Positions 46,756 to 55,594 of a stretch of 64,000 nt of DNA are shown piece after piece (the stretch's first letter is position 1; every line of letters starts with the position of its first letter). Made by a program: the position numbers and the translations under genes. Source of the stretch: an uncultured Pseudomonadota bacterium (lineage in GTDB: Bacteria > Babelota > Babeliae > Babelales > CAIQNR01); NCBI GenBank assembly GCA_964604015.1, contig CAZRXF010000006.1:16487-80486 (forward strand), given 5' to 3'. Under the pieces are notes generated by a model. That model did not search any database and was not told the origin of the DNA. It saw nothing but the letters and a program-made list of their open reading frames with translations.

Positions 46756-47364
46756 CTAAAAAAGCCGCATAGCATCCAAAACTGCAGCAAGCCTTTTCTT
46801 TTCAACACAACCACTGCGCGATGCCGGGTAGCATACCATTTGTACGAGAGTAATGCTTAAAAACAATGGCTGCCACGAACATTCGACAATAACCTGTTCG
46901 GGTAACGTCAGCTGAGCAATAACCATATTTTTTTCTGGTAGCTCAAGAAGTATTTCTCCCTGCTGTGCCACAATCATTTTCACGATTTCTTGGGCAAGCG
47001 TTGATACATCTCCTACAGAAAACACCATTCTTTCTGCGCAAAACGCAGGCGCGTTGATAACCAACCCTCCAGTGGCGCAATAAAAACTGCCCATCAGAAG
47101 CCCGGTCACACATGCAAAAACAAAAAACATTTGTTGCCACACACCAGGAAATAAAACACCTTCAAAAAAAAGAAATGCTTTTCCTATAGCTAAGAATGCG
47201 CACAGGTAAAAAACGAAAAATATGCCCGTTAAACGAACATCAATAAGACGGGTATCATAGATACGCAACCAACGGCTTATGCGAGGCAAGGAAAAGAAAA
47301 AATAAGAAAAAAGAGCGATGGGTATACAAAATACTGCAAACAAAACTACCTGCGAACTGGTCAT
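46756..47364 (-). CDS. hypothetical membrane protein
   Basis: 202-aa ORF with four N-terminal hydrophobic helices and a soluble C-terminal ~80 aa. Confidence 0.5.
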   Translation of the reverse strand: MTSSQVVLFAVFCIPIALFSYFFFSLPRISRWLRIYDTRLIDVRLTGIFFVFYLCAFLAIGKAFLFFEGVLFPGVWQQMFFVFACVTGLLMGSFYCATGGLVINAPAFCAERMVFSVGDVSTLAQEIVKMIVAQQGEILLELPEKNMVIAQLTLPEQVIVECSWQPLFLSITLVQMVCYPASRSGCVEKKRLAAVLDAMRLF

Positions 47365-47494
47365 GGCTACCTTAATAAACTAAAAAAGTACGAACTCTCT
47401 TAGTTTTATAAAAATTCAGGACATGTCTAGAGAAAGAAAATTTCGCTTGGCGAGATCTGGAACTGCAGCTTCTGCGAAAGTTCCAGATAAAGGT

Positions 47495-47888
47495 TGGTGG
47501 AGGCGATGGGAATCGAACCCATGTCCGCACTACCGTTGTCAAAAGACGCTACATGCTTAGCCCTTACGAATACTCATTCATCTTAGTAAAGGCGAAAAAA
47601 TGAATGAGCCAGGTTGGTATACACACTTTTTACGAACCTATTGAACCTACAAAGTGAGTTCTATCTTGTATAATACGTGATAGAACAGCTGATAGACACG
47701 CTATTCCATCAAGACGTCACTGTTTAGGCAGCAAGTACGGCATGACTGCCGTAAGAGTAGTCCATAACAGGGACATGCTTACCAGATTGGTCTGCATTTA
47801 TTGGTTGACCATTTTTTTTACGAGTTCCCGGACAAAACTCGGCATGCTTCCTTCAACGCCAATAACACGTCGAAACCAGTACGCCCCC
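47495..47888 (-). ncRNA. ssrA: tmRNA (SsrA)
   Basis: On the minus strand the 5' end is GGGGGCGUACUGGUUUCGACG and the 3' end is GCGGACAUGGGUUCGAUUCCCAUCGCCUCCACCA. These form a tRNA-Ala-like acceptor stem with a G3:U70 pair. An internal tag frame ends ...GSHAVLAA-UAA (47724..47810). It lies immediately downstream of smpB. Confidence 0.95.
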
Positions 47889-47922
47889 GAAATTTCAAAG
47901 ATATAACCTTATTCAAATACTG

Positions 47923-47952
47923 ATTGTAACCGGCATGAGCAATTACTGTCAA
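47923..47952 (-). promoter_or_regulatory. sigma70-type promoter for ssrA
   Basis: On the minus strand, TTGACA-(18 nt)-TACAAT lies about 35 nt upstream of the mature tmRNA 5' end. This is consistent with a processed precursor. Confidence 0.6.
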
Positions 47953-47973
47953 CCGCCCTACCGCTTAAACACG

Positions 47974-48435
47974 CTACTCATCGTAGCCTTTAAGCTCGCG
48001 CTCTGTATCGCGTTTGATATCACGTTCACGCAAGAGGTTCTTTTTACCTGCCGCGTTGCGGTGCTTACATAAGCCTAAATGTACCTTAACCAAGCCTTTT
48101 TCATTGAAGTAGAGCTTGAGCGGCACCAAGGTAATCCCTTTGCAAGACACATCGCCTACTAAGCGCATCAGCTCACGCCTTTTAAGAAGTAGTTTGCGAG
48201 TACGCCTACTTGCTTCTTCTTCTTTCTTGTACGCCTTTTCATAAGGAGAAATATGGCAATTTAAAAGAAACAACTCCCCGCGATTGAACGTAGCAAACGA
48301 CCCTGTCAGGTTTGCATTACCAGCTCGCAGCGATTTTACCTCATCACCGGTAAGCACAATACCCGCTTCAAGTGAATCAATCACGTGATAGTCAAAGGAT
48401 GCTTTTTTGTTCTGAGTAATAATTTTCATCGTCAT
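47974..48435 (-). CDS. smpB: SsrA-binding protein
   Basis: 153-aa ORF with NKKASFDYHV, GIVLTGDEVKSLR, LLLKRREL and a basic C-terminal tail. Confidence 0.95.
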   Translation of the reverse strand: MTMKIITQNKKASFDYHVIDSLEAGIVLTGDEVKSLRAGNANLTGSFATFNRGELFLLNCHISPYEKAYKKEEEASRRTRKLLLKRRELMRLVGDVSCKGITLVPLKLYFNEKGLVKVHLGLCKHRNAAGKKNLLRERDIKRDTERELKGYDE

Positions 48436-48908
48436 GAGTCTGACCTTTCAAGAGCTACAAGCGCTTTAAAAAGGCGATGAAGCAACGGATACGAAACAAT
48501 GGCAACCACCAAGCCAACCAGGTTTCCCCCCAGCATCCAGGCCCAAAAAGAGATATCTTTAAGGCCAATGTACTGATGAATATAAGCGTTCACCGTCTGC
48601 ATGATTGGTGGATTAAGTGCCGCAACACTTAGTCCCAGCCAGACATGCAAAATTTTATATCCCACCCAGTATCCGCCAACCATAAGTGGCACCATCGTCC
48701 AGGGATTATTAACCGTGTAACTGACCAAAATTAAGACCGGAATATTGAGTCTAAACAACCATCCTGCCACGACTAACATCATGGTATGAAGGCCTAAAAA
48801 TGGGCTAATTGCCACATACAAGGCAATCGACGTAGCGAGAGCCAACTTTTTAGGAGAGCGTTCATGCAAAAGGAGGCGTTTGCCGTGGCGAGTAATAAAG
48901 TGACGCAT
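48432..48908 (-). CDS. small polytopic membrane protein (DUF2062-like)
   Basis: 158-aa ORF with RSPKKLALATSIALYVAISPFLGLHT...NNPWT, a pattern resembling DUF2062. It overlaps smpB by 4 nt. Confidence 0.55.
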   Translation of the reverse strand: MRHFITRHGKRLLLHERSPKKLALATSIALYVAISPFLGLHTMMLVVAGWLFRLNIPVLILVSYTVNNPWTMVPLMVGGYWVGYKILHVWLGLSVAALNPPIMQTVNAYIHQYIGLKDISFWAWMLGGNLVGLVVAIVSYPLLHRLFKALVALERSDS

Positions 48909-49026
48909 CTAAAACCTCAAACCATCATGTTTTTGAAAAATATCAGTTGTCAGGTATAGTCTAACAGGAGGCTTTAGGGGGAACAAGGCCCGGCACAAAA
49001 CATGAGAATCTTGAGGATAAGACTTT

Positions 49027-50049
49027 ATGGAAAACTACACGCTTCTTGCACTTGAAACTTCTTGCGACGAAGTTGCCGCCGCGGTCTACAACACCGAAAA
49101 AAAGCTTCTTTCTCATCGCCTTTACTCTCAAACTGAGCACCATAGGCGGTTTGGCGGTGTCGTTCCCGAAATAGCTTCCCGCACCCATATCGTCAAAATT
49201 AATGGAATCGTTGAAGAGGCACTTACTGCCTCTGGGTGCACGCTTGATGATATTGATGTCGTCGCCGTTACGAGCAAGCCAGGTCTTTTAGGATCACTTC
49301 TTATCGGTATTAGCTTTGCCAAAGCAATTGCAGGATCACGTAATAAAAAATTGGTAGCAGTTGATCACCTTGAGGGACATGCGTTTTCAGCATGTTTAGA
49401 AAATGATATCCCCTTTCCTTTTTTATGTATGACTGCATCAGGTGGACACACCAGCTTATACCGTGTTACCGATTACGGTGTTTTTGAAACATTGGGAACT
49501 ACGTCTGATGACGCAGCAGGTGAAGCATTTGATAAAGTTGCCAAGATGCTCAAGCTTGGATACCCGGGTGGACCTATCATTGAAAAACTTGCAGGGGAAG
49601 TTGGATTTCAAGACTTCTTTGACTATCCACGCAACAAGATGAACGATCTCACGTTTAGTTTTTCTGGTCTTAAGACGGCAGTACTCTACGATCTGGTTAA
49701 AAAAGGTGCCTACAGCATGGAAGAAAAGACCATTCTGACCGATGATCTGGAACTTAAAAAGCACGTTGCTAGTTCTTTCCAGGTGTGTGTCGCTGACATT
49801 TTTGTGAACAAAATTACCAAAGCACTGCAAGAAGATAGAAGCTACAAAGCGATCGTATTTGTAGGCGGTGTTGCCTGCAACAAATACATCCGTCAACAAA
49901 TCCAAACGCGTGTTGCCGACAGATTTGGATTACCCTTCTTTTATCCCTCCCCTCAATTTTGCACTGACAATGCTGCCATGATCGCTTTCGTCGGTCATTA
50001 CAAAGCACAGCGCGGTGAGTTTAGTTCTTTAGATTTTGAAGCGTACTAA
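49027..50049 (+). CDS. tsaD: tRNA N6-adenosine threonylcarbamoyltransferase
   Basis: 340-aa ORF with LALETSCDE, GVVPEIASRTH, the metal site VDHLEGH and VGGVACN. Confidence 0.93.
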   Translation: MENYTLLALETSCDEVAAAVYNTEKKLLSHRLYSQTEHHRRFGGVVPEIASRTHIVKINGIVEEALTASGCTLDDIDVVAVTSKPGLLGSLLIGISFAKAIAGSRNKKLVAVDHLEGHAFSACLENDIPFPFLCMTASGGHTSLYRVTDYGVFETLGTTSDDAAGEAFDKVAKMLKLGYPGGPIIEKLAGEVGFQDFFDYPRNKMNDLTFSFSGLKTAVLYDLVKKGAYSMEEKTILTDDLELKKHVASSFQVCVADIFVNKITKALQEDRSYKAIVFVGGVACNKYIRQQIQTRVADRFGLPFFYPSPQFCTDNAAMIAFVGHYKAQRGEFSSLDFEAY

Positions 50050-50163
50050 CAACAGATACATATTTTTAAACTAGCACGCCCCCTCTAAACACATTTGTCA
50101 AACAAGGCAGTTTTTTTTAGTGTTATTCATAAAGTTTCACCCCTTCTAAAAAAGGAGATCTGT

Positions 50164-51363
50164 ATGAAAAAACTGACGCTGTTGGCACTTCTTGCCTGCA
50201 TGCCTCTAATGGCACCGACAGGTAAGCGGTATATCCCAACTTTGGACGAAATCAGGAAGGCATTCCTAGAATATTTCATGAAGGAAGGGTTTGTTCGCGT
50301 AGAACCAAAATCAGTTGTTACGCCAGATGGTAAAATAATTGGATCTGCTGCCACCGCATTCAAAGATTTCATCATGCATCCAAAGGGCAACCCTTCCGAT
50401 ATTATCACTATCCAATACTGCATTCGGGCTTATGGCCATTTTGATGACAAACCCACTGTTCGCGCATCAGAACACCATGTTACCTATTTTCCTTCCCTTG
50501 CCTTCTTTTCCCAAAACAAAGGTAGTTATCGAAGAAATATTTACCGCATGGTGCTCTTTTTAATTGAACACTTGGGCCTTGATAGAGACCGTTTCTACGT
50601 GACTATGCACAAAGATGATAGAGAAGCAGCATTGGCCATACAAGGACTCATGCAAGAAGGAAAACTTCTACAAGGGCATTCTTTTGCTTTCGACGAAGAA
50701 AATATGTGGAAAGAAGAAGAACATGGAGGATTACGAGGTTTTTCTACAGAATTTTTTATCGACCAACGACCAGAAAAAATGCGTCAAAAAAGACCTATCA
50801 AAAAAGATTTCATGAACGGTAATCTCCTTGAATTAGCTAGTATTGTGAGCTACAAGGAAATGGTCTCCCCAGCTCCTTATGGAACGCCACCCCCTGCTCC
50901 AATGCCTGTTCCTTGCTGCATGAACGGCAAGAGCCTCAGCCCCTATCGCATACCTTCCGCTTTGAACCCTGTCTCTTCAACCACTCCGCCTCCTTCTCTC
51001 TATGACCTTCCAGAAATTAAACCGATCATGCACTCTGTAGAAAAAGCAACAAGCAAAAACTACAACACAGCTGATAAAGAAACCCGTGCAGCCATGAGGG
51101 TTATCACCGATCACATGCGTACTGCAGTGGTGCTCATGGCCAATGGAGTCAAAACTTCTGATAAAACAGAAGCAGGTACATGTTTGCGTGGATTATTAGA
51201 AGAAGCTCAAAACGCTGCAAAAACAATCGCCCCTAAGAAAGCCATACTCCCACATGTAACACGTGCTGTTATCAAAGTGATGAAACCAACACATCCTGAA
51301 ATTGGAAAGAAAAGCAGCATGATCATCAAAGCAGTGCAGAAGGAAACCAACCACAAAAAATAG
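50164..51363 (+). CDS. signal-peptide-bearing, degenerate paralogue of the AlaRS aminoacylation domain (pseudo-synthetase)
   Basis: The ATG at 50164 lies 6 nt after AAGGAG. Signal/lipobox-like MKKLTLLALLAC. It is collinear with the window's own AlaS N-terminal ~440 aa (details in the finding at 50164..51363), but the WN..F and DTGMGLER regions are lost. Confidence 0.75.
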   Translation: MKKLTLLALLACMPLMAPTGKRYIPTLDEIRKAFLEYFMKEGFVRVEPKSVVTPDGKIIGSAATAFKDFIMHPKGNPSDIITIQYCIRAYGHFDDKPTVRASEHHVTYFPSLAFFSQNKGSYRRNIYRMVLFLIEHLGLDRDRFYVTMHKDDREAALAIQGLMQEGKLLQGHSFAFDEENMWKEEEHGGLRGFSTEFFIDQRPEKMRQKRPIKKDFMNGNLLELASIVSYKEMVSPAPYGTPPPAPMPVPCCMNGKSLSPYRIPSALNPVSSTTPPPSLYDLPEIKPIMHSVEKATSKNYNTADKETRAAMRVITDHMRTAVVLMANGVKTSDKTEAGTCLRGLLEEAQNAAKTIAPKKAILPHVTRAVIKVMKPTHPEIGKKSSMIIKAVQKETNHKK

Positions 51364-51370
51364 CTTCGGC

Positions 51371-51399
51371 AAAAAAGAAGGGGTGCGTAACACCCCTTC
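51371..51399 (-). terminator. intrinsic terminator (minus strand), hairpin possibly shared with the AlaRS-like gene
   Basis: The hairpin gaaggggtg-cgtaa/ttacg-caccccttc is followed on the minus strand by tttttt. Confidence 0.6.
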
Positions 51400-51425
51400 A
51401 AAACTGCGTCAACGTCTTAACGACA

Positions 51426-51659
51426 CTAACTTCTCCATAACGAAAATTTCTTTGTAAGTGCCGCAAGCTGCTCGCCCTCAGCGAATGTAACCACCCCCCA
51501 ATACTCTAACTCTGCTTCTGGGGTTTGTTTTGTTCGCTCATGCTGTTCTGTATACGTCCCTTCTACCATCGTATGGGTAAAATCAGTAAAGGGAATCCCC
51601 ACATCTATAAGCGCCTGACGAAATGCACGTACTTTGTTTGAATTATCGGCCTGAAGCAC
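51426..51659 (-). CDS. small hypothetical protein (uncertain)
   Basis: 77-aa ORF with a GTG start and no well-placed SD, but a terminator follows it. The sequence is not low-complexity. Confidence 0.3.
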   Translation of the reverse strand: MLQADNSNKVRAFRQALIDVGIPFTDFTHTMVEGTYTEQHERTKQTPEAELEYWGVVTFAEGEQLAALTKKFSLWRS

Positions 51660-51743
51660 AATCCAAAAACTTCTTGCTCCCTAATTTCAGCAATTCCTAC
51701 ACTAAACAAAGTTTTCAAACATCGAACCCTTGGAGAGAAACCT

Positions 51744-52442
51744 ATGGAACAAAAAGCTTTCATGCTCATTATGTTTATGGTGAATTCTTCATTTGTCCAA
51801 ACAGCAGAGCAAAATCCCCTTCTTGTACGACCAATAGGATTACCCGTCATAGACGCAATAACGCGTCAGGATCATGAGGGTCTTCAGAGAATTTTGGATG
51901 CTGGACACAACCCAAACGAATCTTATGATGATAACGCTTATTCGTCACAGACCTTACACCGAAAGTCATGCGGCCCTGTAACACCACTCATACACGCAGC
52001 CCGTCTTTCTGATAGTTCAATAGCAATCATAGAACTTCTTCTGGCAAGGGGTGCCCACGCAAATGCAGAACATATTCATGGAATACCTACCCCTCATGCA
52101 ACACGAAAAGATCTGAGACATCATTGTTTTGTTATGACCCCTATCCTTGCTGCTATTTTAAGTCTCAACGCAGGAGCTGTTATAGCAATTGCACAGCACC
52201 GCTCTTTTGTAAGGCCAGAAAACCTCGATGCCAATTTTGAAAAAGCTGCTCTTTTTTTGCTTTCAGGTGATACCCAATCCAAAGCACGGGATCTTTTGGC
52301 CTACACTAAAACATGGGGAGTCCAGTCGATTGAGTCCCTTACACAAGCTCTTGAACTCCTTTCTCTAAGCAAACATACAGATTTTTCTAGCGTACTTATG
52401 GGCAATATCACTGACCGGCTCACAAAGCTCACCTTTAAATAG
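51744..52442 (+). CDS. secreted ankyrin-repeat protein
   Basis: 232-aa ORF with GGAGAG 6 nt upstream, a hydrophobic N-terminus, and ankyrin-type repeats (DAITRQDHEGLQRILDAGHNPNE; TPLIHAARLSDSSIAIIELLLARGAHANA; TPILAAILSLNAGAVIAIAQH). Confidence 0.8.
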   Translation: MEQKAFMLIMFMVNSSFVQTAEQNPLLVRPIGLPVIDAITRQDHEGLQRILDAGHNPNESYDDNAYSSQTLHRKSCGPVTPLIHAARLSDSSIAIIELLLARGAHANAEHIHGIPTPHATRKDLRHHCFVMTPILAAILSLNAGAVIAIAQHRSFVRPENLDANFEKAALFLLSGDTQSKARDLLAYTKTWGVQSIESLTQALELLSLSKHTDFSSVLMGNITDRLTKLTFK

Positions 52443-52453
52443 TAATAAAAAAA

Positions 52454-52480
52454 GGCGCTGAGAAAGCGCCCTTTTCTTTT
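52454..52480 (+). terminator. intrinsic terminator after the ankyrin gene
   Basis: The hairpin ggcgct-gagaa-agcgcc is followed by cttttctttt. Confidence 0.7.
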
Positions 52481-52503
52481 AAACATAGATTTCAAGCCAC
52501 ATA

Positions 52504-53001
52504 TTACGCCGCATTACCAGTTGCTACGGAACTCGTTTTTGCAGGCGCATACTTCTGAATAGCTTCTTGAAGATGTCTCTTGCGTTCTTCTTCACTCACT
52601 GGTTTTTGATAGGGAAGTGTAAGAGTAGCCAATGCCATCCAATTTTTCTTTTTGCTTACTTCCAAGGCATGTTTAAGACTTTTTTCGTAGGCCTTATCGA
52701 CCGGTTGCACAGGACGAATGGTTAAGACAAATTGCTCTCCATCCTGCTGCACAAAATGCTTTGCAAGCAATGCTCTTCTCATGTCGTAAGCAGCCCAATT
52801 TGGCTTGAATGGCTTCTTTTTAAACTTAAAAAATTTTGGATTACTCAAAACCTTAGCTGTACCTGCCTTATGATCAGCGACCAATTTTGAGAAAAAACCA
52901 TGCACACATGGCAAGTTGGCAATAATGCCAGCCGGCTTTATATGAGCTGAAAAAAACAGCATAAACGGGAAAATTTTTATTAATTTTTTTGAGGACATCA
53001 T
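52504..53001 (-). CDS. hypothetical secreted basic protein
   Basis: 165 aa from the ATG at 53001 (GGAGAAG upstream) with signal peptide MMSSKKLIKIFPFMLFFSAHI. No motif could be assigned. Confidence 0.5.
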   Translation of the reverse strand: MMSSKKLIKIFPFMLFFSAHIKPAGIIANLPCVHGFFSKLVADHKAGTAKVLSNPKFFKFKKKPFKPNWAAYDMRRALLAKHFVQQDGEQFVLTIRPVQPVDKAYEKSLKHALEVSKKKNWMALATLTLPYQKPVSEEERKRHLQEAIQKYAPAKTSSVATGNAA

Positions 53002-53112
53002 AAGCGCTTCTCCATTTTTAAAGCCCCACTTAATCGGAGCTTTCACCTATTATTTAGGATAGCTCTGCCTCATAAAAGCGCAACAGGTCGGCGTTTACCT
53101 CTATTTTTAAGC

Positions 53113-53799
53113 TTATTTAGCAATAAACCCAATAAGTCGAATGGGAGACTCAGAGCCACCCTTAAGCTTTAAAGGAAATATCCCGACAAACGCACCTACA
53201 GGGGGCAATTGATCGCTATGAGCAATGTTTTCGACAAGATACTTACCAGCACCAAGCACTGCTTCATGCACACGAAATTCATCAATAGGACGGTCAGCCG
53301 AGAACGTATCCACACCTAAACCCACGATGCCGCGCGCAAGCAAAAATCGAGCAGCTTCAACAGTTATTGAAGGGAATTGATAGTTGTTACGGTAGTGCTC
53401 AGGATCAGACCAATACCTATCCCAGCCTGTCCGAATAATAACCAACGATCCTTCAGGAATAACGCCATGCACATTTTCAAAAGCCTCTACGGCAACAACT
53501 GAAACACGGTACCGTTCATCAGCTTGTGCCGATACATCAATCACCACGCAGGGAACAATTAACGACTCAAGAGGAAGCATATCGATGGTTGCTCCACCGG
53601 GAGAGCAATGAACAGGAGCATCCATATGAGTACCCATACCCGCTGTTGTAGCAATTCTGTGTGCTCGGAACTTTACATCAGTAGAACAATCACCATAATC
53701 GATCGCCATAGGCATTCTAAAAGAACATGACTCATTCCATCCTGGTGCGTTTTCATCAAGCGTATGAGTAAGATCGATAAGAGTGTAGGGAAAACTCAT
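53113..53799 (-). CDS. cyclase-family protein (kynurenine formamidase-like)
   Basis: 228-aa ORF with DLTH and the metal motif GMGTHMDAPVHC (HxGTHxDxPxH type). Confidence 0.8.
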   Translation of the reverse strand: MSFPYTLIDLTHTLDENAPGWNESCSFRMPMAIDYGDCSTDVKFRAHRIATTAGMGTHMDAPVHCSPGGATIDMLPLESLIVPCVVIDVSAQADERYRVSVVAVEAFENVHGVIPEGSLVIIRTGWDRYWSDPEHYRNNYQFPSITVEAARFLLARGIVGLGVDTFSADRPIDEFRVHEAVLGAGKYLVENIAHSDQLPPVGAFVGIFPLKLKGGSESPIRLIGFIAK

Positions 53800-53813
53800 C
53801 TTCTCTACTTATT

Positions 53814-55466
53814 CTATGAGTTTGACGAACCGCTTCCACCACCAACAGGAACATTCAATACCGTTGTTCCATTCTTTTTGGCGTTCATTGATTCGAAGAA
53901 TTCCTCGTTGGTTTTGAACTTCTTCATCTTATCGATCAAGAACTCCATACCTTCAATAACGTTCATGTTAGAAAGGAACTTCTGCAAGACCCATGTACGT
54001 TTAAGTTCGGCTTCAGGAAGCAGGAGATCTTCACGACGCGTACCAGAAACAAGCAAATCGTAAGCCGGATAGACACGACGATTTGCCAATTTACGGCTCA
54101 TGTGCATTTCCATGTTACCGGTACCTTTAAACTCTTCGAAAATAACTTCGTCCATACGAGAGCCGGTTTCGATAAGTGCGGTAGCGATGATCGTTAAAGA
54201 ACCGCCCTCTTCAGTATTACGTGCCGCACCAAAGAAACGTTTTGGACGTTGTAATGCATTGGCATCAATACCACCAGTTAACACCTTACCAGACGCTGGA
54301 GCAGTAGTGTTGTAGGCACGAGCAAGACGAGTAATCGAATCAAGGAGAATGACTACATCCTTGCGAGATTCAACCAGGCGTTTTGCTTTTTCAAGAACAA
54401 CTTCTGCAACTTGCACATGTCGTTCTGCTGATTCATCAAAGGTTGAGCTGATCACTTCAGCATGCGCACCTTTGACACAACGCTTCATGTCAGCAACTTC
54501 TTCTGGCCGTTCATCAACAAGAAGAACAATAATGAAAACTTCAGGGTGGTTGCCAATCAAACTTTGTGCAATTTCTTTAAGAAGAACCGTTTTACCAACA
54601 CGTGGCGGAGCAACAATCAACCCGCGCTGTCCCTTACCAACTGGCGTAAAGATGTCCATGATACGGGTAGATACAAATGTTGGATCATATTCGAGTTTGA
54701 ATTTTTTGTCCGGATGCATCGGAGAAAGTCGATCAAAGAAGGGACGTTCATTGAGCTTTACCGGATCTTCAAAGTTAACCTTTGTTACCTGATTCAGGGC
54801 AAAGTACTTTTCACCATCTTTTGGCTTACGAATAGTACCTACAACGTTATCGCCAGTACGTAATCCAAGACGACGAATTTGTGAAGGAGAAACATAAATA
54901 TCGTCAGGGCTTGAAACGTAATCAAACTTACTTGAACGCAAGAATCCAAAGCCATCAGGCAGTCTTTCAAGCACCCCTTCAACGTCAATTTCACGATCTG
55001 GGTTTTGCTGAACCTCAAGAATTTTGGCGATGAGATCTTTGTGAGACATCAAGCTTGCGCCAATGATGCCAAGGCGACGAGCATGTACATTAAGCTCTTG
55101 CATAGAAAGCTCAACCATTTGCTCTTCTGTAAGATTCTTTAATGGAGGTAAATCAACCTGTTTGTGTTGTGGTGGATTCTCCCCACCACCACGATTTTCA
55201 CGGCGTTGATTTTGTTGAGCATGACTCGACGTACTATGAGGGCGTCTTTGATGTTGGCGATCCTGACGAGAATCATCCTGACGGTTATCCCCATCACGAG
55301 AACCACCTTGGCCCTGATGGGACGGATTACCGCCCGTGCCACGCTTATTATTACTACGACTGTAGCTTCGTTTTTTTGCTTTTTGTTGCTGTTGCTGCTG
55401 TGACTGCGAAGACGCAGATCCATCAGAAGAAACAGGAGTTGGTAATATTGGTGTATCATCTTGCAT
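53814..55466 (-). CDS. rho: transcription termination factor Rho with a ~105-aa low-complexity N-terminal extension
   Basis: 550-aa ORF with a Rho_N-like [15 protein letters not shown], the RNA-binding FGFLR, Walker [11 protein letters not shown], and the C-terminal [14 protein letters not shown]. It is preceded by a Q/R/G/S/N/D-rich segment that includes QQQQQQ. Confidence 0.93.
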   Translation of the reverse strand: MQDDTPILPTPVSSDGSASSQSQQQQQQKAKKRSYSRSNNKRGTGGNPSHQGQGGSRDGDNRQDDSRQDRQHQRRPHSTSSHAQQNQRRENRGGGENPPQHKQVDLPPLKNLTEEQMVELSMQELNVHARRLGIIGASLMSHKDLIAKILEVQQNPDREIDVEGVLERLPDGFGFLRSSKFDYVSSPDDIYVSPSQIRRLGLRTGDNVVGTIRKPKDGEKYFALNQVTKVNFEDPVKLNERPFFDRLSPMHPDKKFKLEYDPTFVSTRIMDIFTPVGKGQRGLIVAPPRVGKTVLLKEIAQSLIGNHPEVFIIVLLVDERPEEVADMKRCVKGAHAEVISSTFDESAERHVQVAEVVLEKAKRLVESRKDVVILLDSITRLARAYNTTAPASGKVLTGGIDANALQRPKRFFGAARNTEEGGSLTIIATALIETGSRMDEVIFEEFKGTGNMEMHMSRKLANRRVYPAYDLLVSGTRREDLLLPEAELKRTWVLQKFLSNMNVIEGMEFLIDKMKKFKTNEEFFESMNAKKNGTTVLNVPVGGGSGSSNS

Positions 55467-55594
55467 TTATATATACCTCCCTAACAGTAGTAGAACGCCC
55501 ATCATGAAATACTTTCACAAAACCAAACACTCCACCCATATGAAGGATTCAGCTTTTCAGACACAACTTAAAAATTCAAGGAACTCAGGTGCTC

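Noticed and set aside
45916-47494. A genomic island integrated at the 3' end of ssrA.
   Set aside because: There is no integrase or recombinase. I could find no direct repeat of the ssrA 3' terminus (GGTTCGATTCCC...) downstream, and the following genes run straight into a housekeeping-type ATPase operon.
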